In this document: positions 1-10,257 of the stretch, piece after piece
Layout of the letters: every line of letters begins with the position of its first letter
Position numbering within the stretch: the stretch's first letter is position 1
Assembly: GCA_001767855.1 (NCBI GenBank)
Contig: MEMF01000002.1
Span: forward strand, 808,893-872,892
Length of the DNA: 64,000 nt
DNA from: Alphaproteobacteria bacterium RIFCSPHIGHO2_01_FULL_41_14
GTDB lineage: Bacteria; Pseudomonadota; Alphaproteobacteria; UBA7879; UBA5542
Direction of reading: 5' to 3'
Made by a program: the position numbers and the translations under genes
Notes under the pieces: model-generated
What the model saw: the letters and a program-made list of their open reading frames with translations, nothing else
Database searches by the model: none
What the model was told of the DNA's origin: nothing

Positions 1-121
1 ATTTGCTCTTTCTTAATGTCTTTGAATGTTTTGGTGTATGTCCTGGTCCACATAGTGTTTCTCCTAGATGATAAGACTATCCTAGACCATAAAGCCCGAG
101 AAGCCAATGGTGGCTCGTTCC

Positions 122-2338
122 CTACCCCCCGAACTTATTACTCTTGGAAAATCCGGTGGGGGCCAACCGTCCAGCGGAGGCCCGGCGGCCTAGCCATGTG
201 GTCAGGTCTGTTTCCTGGTAACTTTTCTTTTTGTTCGACCAAGTGAGGCCCGTTTGCAAGGTGAACGTCTTCACGTCAGAGAGTCCCCCATCGCCATATT
301 TCTGCAGCATGACCCCTCGCCCCCTGCTCATGGTAGGCAGGTCCGCCACGGGGAAGAGCAGCATTTTTCTGTTCTCACCCACCACAGCCACAGTGTCACC
401 CGCAATTTTATGACAGACGAGCGCCCGCTCTTTGTCGTCTAGATTCAGAATTTGCTTACCGTTTTTGGTTTGGGCCACGGCACTCGCCGCCTCCACCACA
501 AATCCACGCCCTGTGGAGGACGCTACCAAAAACTTATCCCCCTCTTGATACGGTTCCATCAGCAGAACTTCAGCCTCTGGCGGCAAATCGAGGAACATAC
601 GGATGGGTTCGCCAAATCCACGGCCCCCCGGAACATCGCACGCCCGCATGGTATAAAACCGACCATCTGTCCCAAAGAAAAGAAGGCGCTCGGTGGTGTC
701 TGTTTTCACCATCAAGGACAATTCATCCCCGTCTTTGTATTTAATCTCATCGAGCTCGATAGAATGCCCCTTGAAAGAACGGATCCATCCCTTTTGAGTG
801 AAGATAATGGTCACGGATTCTTTCTCAACGGTGGCTTCTAGCGGAATGAACGTCGCCTCTTCCACAACTTCAATTTTTGTCCGTCGGGGCCCAAGAACCA
901 CGTCATCCCCAAACTGGGTTTCCATCTCTTTGACTTCAGCCTTTAAATGGGCCATCTTTGCCGAGGGATTAGACAAGAGCTCGTTCAATATTTTGGCTTC
1001 GGCTTCTAATGTATCGAGCTCTGTTTGAATTTGCAGTTGCTCTAATTTCCGGAGCGACCGCAATCTCATATTCAGGATGGCTTCCACCTGCACATCACTG
1101 AGATGCCATTTTTTTTGCATCACCGGTTTAGGCTCATCTTCTTCTCGAATAATACGGATGACCGCATCCAAATTGAGGTATGCAATCAGCAGTCCTTTCA
1201 AGATCTCCATCCGATGGGCAATTTCTTTCAATCGATAGTCAGAACACCGCTTTAAAACCACAAGCCGGTGACTAATATATTCCTCTAAAATTTCTTTGAG
1301 GTTCATCACCCGCGGTACATTTTGATGGTTCAACACATTCATGTTTAGGTTGACGCGCGTTTCCAAGTCTGACTGCTTGAACAAGATGGACATGAGCACC
1401 GCAGGATCCACCGACCGGCTCTTCGGCGTCAGGACTACGCGGATATCATCGGTGGACTCATCGAGCACATTAGAGAGGAAAGGCACTTTTTTATTCAGCA
1501 AAAGATTGGCCAACTGTTCAACCAGTCTGCCTTTTTCCACTTGGTAAGGGATTTGGGTAATAATGATTTGGTATTGCCCATGCTCCAGGGGTTCGATCTC
1601 ATAGCGCGCTCTCACCCGCAGACTCCCCCGCCCGGTTTCATAAACACTGCGGATGGTTTGTTTGTTTTCAATGAGCTGGCCGCCGGTGGGAAGATCAGGC
1701 CCCATGACGAATTCCAGCAAATCTTGAACTTCACAGTCGGGGTAATCGATCAGATGGGTGAGCGCCCCGCATAGTTCTTTCACATTATGGGGAGGGATGC
1801 TGGTAGCCATTCCCACCGCAATGCCTTCCGACCCATTCGCCAGCAAATTAGGAAACTTGCCTGGGAACACCACGGGTTCTTGATGCTCTCCATCATACGT
1901 CTCGCGCAAGTCCACCGCGTCTTCGTCGAGCCCATCCATCAAGGCATGGGCCACAGCCGTCAACCGCGCTTCGGTATAACGCATAGCAGCCGCGTTGTCG
2001 CCATCAATATTTCCAAAGTTCCCTTGACCTTCAACCAGCGGATACCGCAGCGTGAAATCTTGGGCTAATCGCACCAATGCATTATAAACGGCCACATCTC
2101 CATGAGGGTGATATTTACCGAGTACGTCTCCCACAATACGTCCACATTTCTTTGGAGAAGATTTGGGATCCAGCTTTAACTCACGCATGGCAAAAATCAA
2201 CCGACGGTGCACCGGCTTCAGCCCATCCCGCACATCAGGTAAAGATCGTGCCATAATGGTAGAGAGAGCGTAAGAAAGATATCTCTCCCCCAGAGCGTCT
2301 TTAAAAAGGATTGTTTTTTCGGTCGACATCTTCGTCAT
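122..2338 (-). CDS. parC: DNA topoisomerase IV subunit A (type IIA topoisomerase A subunit; 738 aa favours ParC over GyrA)
   Basis: ORF translation has N-terminal motifs ARSLPDVRDGLKPVHRR, GKYHPHGD and the active-site region typical of GyrA/ParC; length ~740 aa matches alphaproteobacterial ParC. Confidence 0.8.
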   Translation of the reverse strand: MTKMSTEKTILFKDALGERYLSYALSTIMARSLPDVRDGLKPVHRRLIFAMRELKLDPKSSPKKCGRIVGDVLGKYHPHGDVAVYNALVRLAQDFTLRYPLVEGQGNFGNIDGDNAAAMRYTEARLTAVAHALMDGLDEDAVDLRETYDGEHQEPVVFPGKFPNLLANGSEGIAVGMATSIPPHNVKELCGALTHLIDYPDCEVQDLLEFVMGPDLPTGGQLIENKQTIRSVYETGRGSLRVRARYEIEPLEHGQYQIIITQIPYQVEKGRLVEQLANLLLNKKVPFLSNVLDESTDDIRVVLTPKSRSVDPAVLMSILFKQSDLETRVNLNMNVLNHQNVPRVMNLKEILEEYISHRLVVLKRCSDYRLKEIAHRMEILKGLLIAYLNLDAVIRIIREEDEPKPVMQKKWHLSDVQVEAILNMRLRSLRKLEQLQIQTELDTLEAEAKILNELLSNPSAKMAHLKAEVKEMETQFGDDVVLGPRRTKIEVVEEATFIPLEATVEKESVTIIFTQKGWIRSFKGHSIELDEIKYKDGDELSLMVKTDTTERLLFFGTDGRFYTMRACDVPGGRGFGEPIRMFLDLPPEAEVLLMEPYQEGDKFLVASSTGRGFVVEAASAVAQTKNGKQILNLDDKERALVCHKIAGDTVAVVGENRKMLLFPVADLPTMSRGRGVMLQKYGDGGLSDVKTFTLQTGLTWSNKKKSYQETDLTTWLGRRASAGRLAPTGFSKSNKFGG

Positions 2339-3048
2339 AAAGTCTCTATAAATCGTTGTCTCATCTGAAAGAGAGAATCGTACTTCTGTTCAGAAAAGTG
2401 TTTTGTCAAAAAATGGCCCATCAACTCAAGGCCTCTTAAAATTTCAGCGTGATCCGCCCCCTGATCTTCTTTTACCAGGAAAGCAGGCAACGACAAAAGT
2501 TTGTCATGATACGGACGTCCCACCTCTTCGGTGACCGCACATCCCGTTCGGGGTGACACGTATTTTAAATTTTCTGCCGTATTCGTCACCGCACACGAGT
2601 TTAGTTTAAGGCCGAACCCAAGCTCTTGCAAGAGATGGTATTCAAATAGTATGTATCCCCTCTCCCATTCCTCTTCTTCCCCCAGCATTTTCAAGAACTG
2701 TTTCCAGGTATGAAAGAAAGAAGGATAGGGATGCCGCTCGGGCAAAAGCTGAGACGTAAACTGGGCCGCAACGGTTAAGGCCATCAATCGTTTCGCATCT
2801 AGAAAAATCTCTGCCAGATAAGATTTCTCTGCTTCCAAACGCCAGCTTCCCATATGCTCTGAGAGCCGCGCTTTCCAGTGACACGCAGCAAGAGTTCCCA
2901 CTTGAAGAGATTGGTTTGTTCTTGATCTGATGTTCTTCAGGATCCCCGCATGACATCCATGATGGTGGGTGAGGATCTGGACAATCCCATCTTTTTCCCC
3001 AAAAGACCGGACGCTGAGCACGATGCCTTGGTCTGTCCACCCCCCCAT
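2335..3048 (-). CDS. recO: DNA repair protein RecO
   Basis: 237-aa ORF with RecO-like N-terminal OB region and Cys/His cluster; sits in the conserved era-recO arrangement. Confidence 0.75.
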   Translation of the reverse strand: MGGWTDQGIVLSVRSFGEKDGIVQILTHHHGCHAGILKNIRSRTNQSLQVGTLAACHWKARLSEHMGSWRLEAEKSYLAEIFLDAKRLMALTVAAQFTSQLLPERHPYPSFFHTWKQFLKMLGEEEEWERGYILFEYHLLQELGFGLKLNSCAVTNTAENLKYVSPRTGCAVTEEVGRPYHDKLLSLPAFLVKEDQGADHAEILRGLELMGHFLTKHFSEQKYDSLFQMRQRFIETL

Positions 3049-3948
3049 TTAGACTAAATCAAGCCCCAACTCTTGGTAAAATTCGGGGTTGTCCTGCCAT
3101 TTTTCATCCACTTTGACATGTAAGAATAAATGCACCTTACATCCCAGCGCTTTTGAAATTTCCGTGCGCGCGATCTCACCAATGGTTTTAATCTTCGTTC
3201 CTCCTTTGCCCAAGATAATGGCTTTATGGCTCGGGCGGGACACACAAATAAGTTGGAAAATTTTCACATCCCCATTGTCAAAGTCTTCCCACTTTTCCGT
3301 TTGCACCGCAAGGCCATGGGGCACTTCATCGTGCACTTGATGCAGCAGCACCTCCCGCGTCAGCTCTGCTGCCAAAAACCGCTCGGAAAGGTTTGAAAGC
3401 TGATCTTCCGGATACATCCACGGTCCTTCTGGCAAGGATTCGGATAAGAACTCTTCGAGCTTTGGAAGCCCTGTTTTTTTCTGGGCCGAAATCATAAATA
3501 CTTTTTTAAAGTTAAAGGCAGCGGTCAACTCTTCTGTCAGACCTAGCAGCTTAGATTTATCTTTCAGCCTATCGGTTTTATTCAACACCAAAACCACTTT
3601 TTCTTCTACCGTTCTAAGGCGTTCGATGATTTTCTTGGTGTCTTCCAAAAGATAGGGGCTGTTGGTATCCACAATCAGAAGAATCACATGGGCTTCTGCC
3701 GTTGCTTGCCACGCCGCCGACACCATGGACTTTTCCAGGCGACCTTTTGTATCAAAAAAGATGCCTGGGGTGTCTATCAAGACTGCCTGCATCTCTCCCT
3801 TGGTGAGAATGCCGGCCACCCGGGTGCGGGTGGTTTGTCTCTTGTGGCATACAATGGAGAGCTTCTCTCCCAACAAGGCATTTAGCAAGGTGGATTTCCC
3901 TGCATTCGGCACACCCATCAGAGTGACAAAGCCAAATTTAGTCATCAA
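3049..3948 (-). CDS. era: GTPase Era
   Basis: G1 motif GVPNAGKSTLLNAL, DTPG, NKTD and a C-terminal KH domain; 299 aa. Confidence 0.9.
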   Translation of the reverse strand: MMTKFGFVTLMGVPNAGKSTLLNALLGEKLSIVCHKRQTTRTRVAGILTKGEMQAVLIDTPGIFFDTKGRLEKSMVSAAWQATAEAHVILLIVDTNSPYLLEDTKKIIERLRTVEEKVVLVLNKTDRLKDKSKLLGLTEELTAAFNFKKVFMISAQKKTGLPKLEEFLSESLPEGPWMYPEDQLSNLSERFLAAELTREVLLHQVHDEVPHGLAVQTEKWEDFDNGDVKIFQLICVSRPSHKAIILGKGGTKIKTIGEIARTEISKALGCKVHLFLHVKVDEKWQDNPEFYQELGLDLV

Positions 3949-4621
3949 ATCCTTTTTTCTTTAATAGAAATAACATTTCAGACGCAGCTTGCTGTTCTGC
4001 TTGCCGGCGTGAGGGCCCTTCTCCATAAACAACGGGTTCATCCAGAACAGCAAGAGAGACTTTAAAATAAGGAGCATGATCAGGGCCTGTAATAGCCATG
4101 ACGGAATACTGAGGCAATGGTTTCTTATGTTTCTGCACTAATTCCTGTAACTGGGTTTTGGCATCCACAGAAATTTCCACAGATTGCTCTTCTAGCAAAG
4201 GACTCCATCGTTCCAAGATAAACCGGTACGCACTGTCAAACCCCCCATCCAAATAGATAGCCCCAATCAAAGCCTCACACGCATCTGCCAGAATGGATTC
4301 ATTTTTTTGGCCATCCGCCACGAGCTCGTTTTCAGCCATATAAATGAAATCCCCCAAATTCAATGACTGAGCCACCTTCAACAGGGCTTCTTTCCGCACC
4401 AAGTTTGTGAACCGCTTTGACAGATCCCCTTCCTTATTCTGGGGGTACCGATGGTATAAATAAGACGCAATCACCAAGCCCAAAACACGATCTCCTAAAA
4501 ACTCACACCGCTCGTAATTGTCAAGCCGGGTTTTTTGAGGAAAGCTCGGATGCGTCAATGCTTTTTTAAGCAACTTGGCATCTTGAAAGGTATAATTTAA
4601 ACTCAGTTTTTTATGAGGCAT
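3938..4621 (-). CDS. rnc: ribonuclease III
   Basis: RNase III signature ERCEFLGDRVLGLVIASYLY plus C-terminal dsRBD; 227 aa; overlaps era by a few bp as is typical. Confidence 0.9.
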   Translation of the reverse strand: MPHKKLSLNYTFQDAKLLKKALTHPSFPQKTRLDNYERCEFLGDRVLGLVIASYLYHRYPQNKEGDLSKRFTNLVRKEALLKVAQSLNLGDFIYMAENELVADGQKNESILADACEALIGAIYLDGGFDSAYRFILERWSPLLEEQSVEISVDAKTQLQELVQKHKKPLPQYSVMAITGPDHAPYFKVSLAVLDEPVVYGEGPSRRQAEQQAASEMLFLLKKKGFDD

Positions 4622-4623
4622 GG

Positions 4624-5511
4624 CTAATGAATAACAGACAGAAATCTACGAAGGCGCACAATATCAGGCCACTTCAAAATTTTCCACAAATCTAAGATAC
4701 CCGAATCAATGGAGAAAAGAATCATCTTGGCCTGACCAATGAGATAGTCTTTATGAACGGGGCCTAATTTATACCGACTATCATTGGAATGGTTGCGGTT
4801 ATCCCCAATCATAAAGAAATGGTCTGCTGGCACGATATATTCCTCCGTATTGTCCCCAGGTGCCATTCCCTCTTCTGATTCCCGAATAATCTTGTGTTCT
4901 ACACCATTCGGGAGTGTTTCGAGATATTGCGCCACGGGCCGCAGACGACCTGAGGGCATCTTTTCCTCGAACACACCGTCTGGTCGTTGAGGACAAGCCT
5001 CCCCATTAATATACAAAATGCCTTGTTTAAATTGAATCCGATCCCCGGGCAAGCCAATCACGCGCTTAACCCAATAAGAATCGAGCGGGATGTGATCTGG
5101 GACCACAAAAAACCATTCAAAAATCCCTTTAATATCCCCCCAGACTCTTTCTAGACGCGGCAATTCCGCCCCTTCTGGGTATCTAAAGACGGTAATCTCT
5201 CCTCGCTCAGGGGGCTTGAAAAAGAGGCGTTCCCCAGAAACCAAGGGTAAGCTATAGGGGAAAGAGTGTTTACTATACCCATATTTGCCCGTATACACTG
5301 CCAAATAGTCTCCGATGAGCAGCGTGGGATAGAGAGATTCTGACGGAATTTTAAAAGGCTGAAAAACCAAACTGCGAATCAGCAGCGCTACCGAAATAGC
5401 TAAAACAATTTCACCTAGATTTCTCAAAAATCCTTTGGGTTGAACTTTTTTTCTTGAAGACCGCTTTAAGATTCTCATACGACTACCTAAACTCTGTTGA
5501 AATAATGACAA
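4624..5511 (-). CDS. lepB: signal peptidase I
   Basis: N-terminal TM, catalytic Ser region and the GDNRNHSNDSRY box of LepB. Confidence 0.85.
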   Translation of the reverse strand: MSLFQQSLGSRMRILKRSSRKKVQPKGFLRNLGEIVLAISVALLIRSLVFQPFKIPSESLYPTLLIGDYLAVYTGKYGYSKHSFPYSLPLVSGERLFFKPPERGEITVFRYPEGAELPRLERVWGDIKGIFEWFFVVPDHIPLDSYWVKRVIGLPGDRIQFKQGILYINGEACPQRPDGVFEEKMPSGRLRPVAQYLETLPNGVEHKIIRESEEGMAPGDNTEEYIVPADHFFMIGDNRNHSNDSRYKLGPVHKDYLIGQAKMILFSIDSGILDLWKILKWPDIVRLRRFLSVIH

Positions 5512-5887
5512 AAGCTAAAGCCATAGGATACTCATCCGACAAGCTTAAATCAATTTTAATTTCTTTCCCTGCAAAACAGTCTAGAACATACGTCAAACTC
5601 TGCCCTTTGACAACGAAAGAGGGTTTCCCTTTTAAATTATTTTCGACTGCCAAGTCTAAAAATCTCAAATTTTTTCCAAACCCACACCCCATGGCTTTAG
5701 AAAAAGCTTCTTTGGCAGCAAATCTTTTGGCAAAAAACATGGCCTGCAACTTGGCGTCCAAGTAGCGCTCTGCTGCCAGCCTCTCGTCTTCTGTAAATGT
5801 TTTTTCTAGAAACCTTTGACCATGCGTTTGGATCAATGTCTCAATACGACGCACGTCTACAAGATCTGTTCCGATTCCCAATATCAC
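5483..5887 (-). CDS. acpS: holo-[acyl-carrier-protein] synthase
   Basis: MILGIGTDLVDVRRIE N-terminus typical of AcpS; 134 aa. Confidence 0.85.
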   Translation of the reverse strand: MILGIGTDLVDVRRIETLIQTHGQRFLEKTFTEDERLAAERYLDAKLQAMFFAKRFAAKEAFSKAMGCGFGKNLRFLDLAVENNLKGKPSFVVKGQSLTYVLDCFAGKEIKIDLSLSDEYPMALAFVIISTEFR

Positions 5888-8025
5888 TAAATACGTTCCA
5901 CTATATGCACAACCTCCGACATCCGCAAGCTCTCTAAGATGGAGCTCAAATGGTTTAAGTCATGTACCATAAGATCTACAGAAAAATCAAATAAATCAGA
6001 ATTTCGACGGGTAATTTTAATATCAGAAATATTCCCCCCCTTCTGCCCAATCACGGTTGTAAACTCTCCTAAGCTGCCAGCTGTATTGTATAAGACGGCA
6101 AAGATGCGGGAGACATACATATCTTCTTTAGAAATCGGCCCCCAGCTTACATTCAGAAGACGTCTCACGTCTCCTTGAAACCCTTCCACATCTTCACACT
6201 CTTCTTTGTGAATGGTCACCCCTTTCCCCGTTGTCACAAGTCCCACGATGCTTTCCCCCGGCAAAGGATGGCAACATCCCGCATAATGAATCACCATTCC
6301 AGGCACCAGCCCTTTGATCTCACTTTTTGGCTTGGGTTTTTTAGGAAGCTTACCTTTAGCTGGCGCCAAAGTCACCGGCGCCCCCTCCACAGACTCTTTT
6401 TTTTCTGACGGATGAATCACATTCTCCAGCTCACGCGTCGTGATCACCCCCTCCCCTAAAGACGCATAAAAATCCTCTTCTTCTAACTGAAATTTTTTAA
6501 GGAGTTTAGGAAGAATATCTCCCACTTTTTTTTTCGGAATAGCTTGCAATTCTTTCAGGAAAATTGATTTCCCTGTAGATAAAAACTGAGACCTTTTCTT
6601 CGATCTTAAAAATCTCCGGATGTTGGTTTTTGCTTTACCGGTGACCACAAATCTTTCCCAGGTAGGAGACGGATTTTGACCCGGAGAAATCACAATCTCA
6701 ACTTGATCCCCATTGCGAAGTTCAGTACGCAAGGGCATCAGCTTGCCGTTAATTTTAGCCCCTTTGCAGCGATTGCCGATGTCCGAGTGGACGGCATAGG
6801 CAAAATCAACGGGGGTTGACCCACGCCTCAGCGCAATGAGGTCTCCGTAAGGGGTAAAGCAAAATACCTGGTCGTGAAACATTTCCAGCTTTGTATGCTC
6901 AAGAAACTCATCATCCCCCGCCGCATGCTCTAAAATATCCAACAAGCCTCGTACCCAACGATATTGTTTTCCCTCTTTGGGCTTAATACCTTGCTTATAT
7001 TGCCAATGCGCCGCTACTCCATACTCGGCTACTTCTTGCATAGCATAGGTGCGAATTTGTATTTCAATCTGACGCTGTTTGGGGCCAATCACATAAGTGT
7101 GAAGAGATTGATAATTATTGGGCTTGGGGGTTGAAATATAATCTTTAAATCGACCAGGAATCACAAAGAACTCGTTATGAATAATCCCCAGAGCATGATA
7201 ACAATCTGCAATGGAATCAACCAGGATCCGAAAAGCAACCACGTCGCAAAGTTGTTCAAAACTGACATTCTTGTTTTGCATCTTTCGCCAAATGGAGTAC
7301 GGGCTTTTTTCGCGCCCCGTCACCGTTGCTTTGATCCCCGCCTTTTGCATCACACCACCCAGATCTTGAACCACAAAGGACATGGTGCTTTTATCAAGCT
7401 GATGCAAATGCCTGATGCGATTAGTGATAATGGTATAGGCCTCTGGGTTCAGTTGCGAGAAAGACAAATCGTGAAGCTCTTCCTGAATGCCCTTCATACC
7501 AATGCGTTCAGACAAGGGAGCATAGATTTCAAGGGTCTCCAAAGCCACACGACGCCGGCTCTCTTCTGATTGAACATGCTTAATGGTCCGCATATTATGA
7601 AGACGATCACAAAGCTTGATCATCAGAATGCGAATATCGTCCGACATGGCCAGCACAAGGCGACGAAAATTTTCTGCTTGTTTTTGTTCGGTGGACTGCA
7701 ACCCAATCCGCGCGAGTTTCGTTACGCCCTGCACGAGAGACGTAATTTCAGATCCAAATATTTTTTCCACATCTTTGAGGGTGGCTGCCGTGTCTTCCAC
7801 CGTATCATGCAAAAGGCCCGCGATGACGGAGGGTACATCCATCTTGAGGTCCGCCAACATTTCAGCCACCGCCAACGGGTGCATAATGTAAGGCTCTCCT
7901 GAGGCTCGCTTTTGATCAACATGATGGGCCTCAGCAAAATCATATGCTTTTTTAATCAGCTGGGCATCTGCCCGGGGGGCGTAGGAGAGAACTTTATTGA
8001 CAAGTTCAGAGGCGTTCAACGACAT
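5887..8025 (-). CDS. spoT: bifunctional (p)ppGpp synthetase/hydrolase (RelA/SpoT homolog)
   Basis: HD hydrolase domain (HHVDQKRASGEPYIMHPLAVA), synthetase domain, TGS and ACT regions; 712 aa. Confidence 0.9.
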   Translation of the reverse strand: MSLNASELVNKVLSYAPRADAQLIKKAYDFAEAHHVDQKRASGEPYIMHPLAVAEMLADLKMDVPSVIAGLLHDTVEDTAATLKDVEKIFGSEITSLVQGVTKLARIGLQSTEQKQAENFRRLVLAMSDDIRILMIKLCDRLHNMRTIKHVQSEESRRRVALETLEIYAPLSERIGMKGIQEELHDLSFSQLNPEAYTIITNRIRHLHQLDKSTMSFVVQDLGGVMQKAGIKATVTGREKSPYSIWRKMQNKNVSFEQLCDVVAFRILVDSIADCYHALGIIHNEFFVIPGRFKDYISTPKPNNYQSLHTYVIGPKQRQIEIQIRTYAMQEVAEYGVAAHWQYKQGIKPKEGKQYRWVRGLLDILEHAAGDDEFLEHTKLEMFHDQVFCFTPYGDLIALRRGSTPVDFAYAVHSDIGNRCKGAKINGKLMPLRTELRNGDQVEIVISPGQNPSPTWERFVVTGKAKTNIRRFLRSKKRSQFLSTGKSIFLKELQAIPKKKVGDILPKLLKKFQLEEEDFYASLGEGVITTRELENVIHPSEKKESVEGAPVTLAPAKGKLPKKPKPKSEIKGLVPGMVIHYAGCCHPLPGESIVGLVTTGKGVTIHKEECEDVEGFQGDVRRLLNVSWGPISKEDMYVSRIFAVLYNTAGSLGEFTTVIGQKGGNISDIKITRRNSDLFDFSVDLMVHDLNHLSSILESLRMSEVVHIVERI

Positions 8026-8082
8026 TCAATTAAAAAGGGCACAAAAAGTGCCCCCTCCTTCACAAAAAACCCTAGATCTTGT

Positions 8083-8532
8083 TCAGGCTTCGCCGTTTTC
8101 TTGGCCGTTTTCCTGGCCATTTTCCAAGTCTTCCAAAATTGCTTCCTCAGAAACTTCTTCATGATGTTCTTCGGTCTCCAAATCATCGACAATGGTTAAG
8201 ACATCTTCCTTGATTTCTTCTTCAATGTTACCACTTTCTTGACCGCTCAACCAACTGTTTTCCTCAGAGAGGGCCTCAACAGCCTGCCTCTCTTCATCAT
8301 CTTCTTCCACATGCAGTTGAAAGCTCTGAATAAGTCCTTCTGACAGAAGATCGACGGAAACAGTGCCCTCCGCAATTTCACGCAAAGCGATCACCGAGCT
8401 TTTGTCGTTATCTTTTTCAACCGTTAAAGGGGCGCCTGTGGAAATCTCGTGCACCCGCTGAGACGCCATCAACACTAAATCAAAGCGATTGGGAATTCTT
8501 GTAATACAATCTTCAACCGTTACGCGAGCCAT
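8083..8532 (-). CDS. rpoZ: DNA-directed RNA polymerase subunit omega with extended acidic C-terminal tail
   Basis: [30 protein letters not shown] matches RpoZ; the C-terminal ~80 aa are highly acidic and end in [11 protein letters not shown] repeats. Confidence 0.85.
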   Translation of the reverse strand: MARVTVEDCITRIPNRFDLVLMASQRVHEISTGAPLTVEKDNDKSSVIALREIAEGTVSVDLLSEGLIQSFQLHVEEDDEERQAVEALSEENSWLSGQESGNIEEEIKEDVLTIVDDLETEEHHEEVSEEAILEDLENGQENGQENGEA

Positions 8533-8706
8533 TGTGATCCTCTATTCCTAAAATTCAGAAGGTACTATATACCTAAAAAAGGAATAAGTCTAGCTTTTAG
8601 CTGAAAAAATGAATCTTAGATTCTCTCAAGAAACAGGGGTGGGGATCAAAAAAATTTTCTATCCCTAACCCCCCCTTAAATAGAGGAGGACAAAAATCGA
8701 GAGATA

Positions 8707-9849
8707 TTGTATAAAAACTCTATGAATCCACTTTATATCACCCAACAAGGGCAGCTTGAGACACTCTGTCAGTCCCTCTCCGAAAATAAACCCAAAGTCA
8801 TCAGTGTTGATACCGAATTTATCCGGCAAACCACGTATTGGCCGAAGCTATGCCTTATTCAATTGGGGTTTAGAGACCAGATCGTTCTCATTGACCCCTT
8901 ACCCGAAGCGCTGGATCTTTCTCCGTTAAAATCCATGTTTCTGGATAATGAGATCCTGAAGATCTTCCATGCCGCCCGCCAAGACCTTGAGGTCTTGTAT
9001 GTGCTCTGGAATGACGTTCCCCAAACCATCGCTGACACCCAAATCCTGGCCATGGTCTGTGGCTTTGGAGACAGCATCTCGTATGACAAACTTTCGGAAG
9101 CCATCGCTGGGCAAAAAATTGATAAGTCGCAGCAGCACACGGACTGGGCCCAGCGCCCCCTATCTCCCAAACAGATGGCCTATGCTATGGGGGATGTTCA
9201 GTGGCTTGGGCTCATTTATGATAAATTGTGTCTACAGGCCGGGAATAAGATAGAGTATATCCGCGAAGAATTAGATTTCCTGAAAAACCCCGAGCTTTAC
9301 AAGCCTGCCCCTGATAAAGCCTGGCTAAAAATCAAAACCCACACCCATCATAAACCCGAAGTTCTGGGCGTGCTGAAAGAAATTGCGGCGGTGCGTGAGC
9401 GCTATGCCGAGCAGCAAAACCGCCCCCGCTCTCATGTGATTAAGGACGAAGTGCTGGTTCAAATCGCGACGAAAAATGCCGTCTCTGAAAAAGATTTGGC
9501 GTCGTTCGGGATAAAAGACAACGACTTACAAAATGATCTTCTCAGCGCCATTCAGGCCGCCATCCCCCTTAGACAAATAAACTTCAAGTCCAAACAAAAC
9601 ACACCGCTCGTGGACATTCTCATTATTCTGTTAAAAATAATGGCAGACCAGCATGGGATTGCGTCCAAACTGATTGGAAATCGCGAGAAACTAGAGATTT
9701 TTCTTGAAAATCCGCAGCATTCCCCCCTCATGCAGGGCTGGAGGCTGGATCTCTTTGGGGACACTGCGTTTAAAATCAAAGAAGGGACAATAGCCCTGGC
9801 CTTTGATCCCAAAACCCATCAGCCGGTGTTTACAACCCTAAAGTCATAA
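8707..9849 (+). CDS. rnd: ribonuclease D
   Basis: DEDDy 3'-5' exonuclease motifs (VDTEF..., YAMGDVQWL) and an HRDC-like C-terminus; 380 aa. Confidence 0.85.
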   Translation: MYKNSMNPLYITQQGQLETLCQSLSENKPKVISVDTEFIRQTTYWPKLCLIQLGFRDQIVLIDPLPEALDLSPLKSMFLDNEILKIFHAARQDLEVLYVLWNDVPQTIADTQILAMVCGFGDSISYDKLSEAIAGQKIDKSQQHTDWAQRPLSPKQMAYAMGDVQWLGLIYDKLCLQAGNKIEYIREELDFLKNPELYKPAPDKAWLKIKTHTHHKPEVLGVLKEIAAVRERYAEQQNRPRSHVIKDEVLVQIATKNAVSEKDLASFGIKDNDLQNDLLSAIQAAIPLRQINFKSKQNTPLVDILIILLKIMADQHGIASKLIGNREKLEIFLENPQHSPLMQGWRLDLFGDTAFKIKEGTIALAFDPKTHQPVFTTLKS

Positions 9850-9951
9850 GATGATCAACCGTCCGCCCACCCTCTTCCCCTAAATAAACCGCCACCTCTG
9901 GACAGGACGCCGAGGGTGATGTATGTTCTGCTGAAGATTTTTGGAGCATAA

Positions 9952-10248
9952 ATGTCGATTACCAAAGAACAAATCATCCACATTGAGAAACTCGCCCAGC
10001 TTAAAATGTCGGAATCAAAGGTGACGGAAATCACCGCCAGTTTGTCAAATGTTTTTGATTGGATTGACCAATTAAAGAAAGTGGACATCACAAATACAGA
10101 GCCTTTGGCTAACCCCGTGATTGATCTTATTCCCCAAACCCCTCTTCGGGAAGACGTGCCTCACCTTGAAAATTCCAGGGAAGATATTCTCGCTAACGCC
10201 CCTGAAAAAGACTATGGATTCTTTTTTGTCCCCAAGGTTGTGGAATAA
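9952..10248 (+). CDS. gatC: Asp-tRNA(Asn)/Glu-tRNA(Gln) amidotransferase subunit C
   Basis: 98-aa ORF directly upstream of gatA/gatB with a GatC-like sequence (ITKEQIIHIEKLAQLKMSE...NREDILANAPEKDYGFFFVPKVVE). Confidence 0.85.
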   Translation: MSITKEQIIHIEKLAQLKMSESKVTEITASLSNVFDWIDQLKKVDITNTEPLANPVIDLIPQTPLREDVPHLENSREDILANAPEKDYGFFFVPKVVE

Positions 10249-10257
10249 GGACTGATC

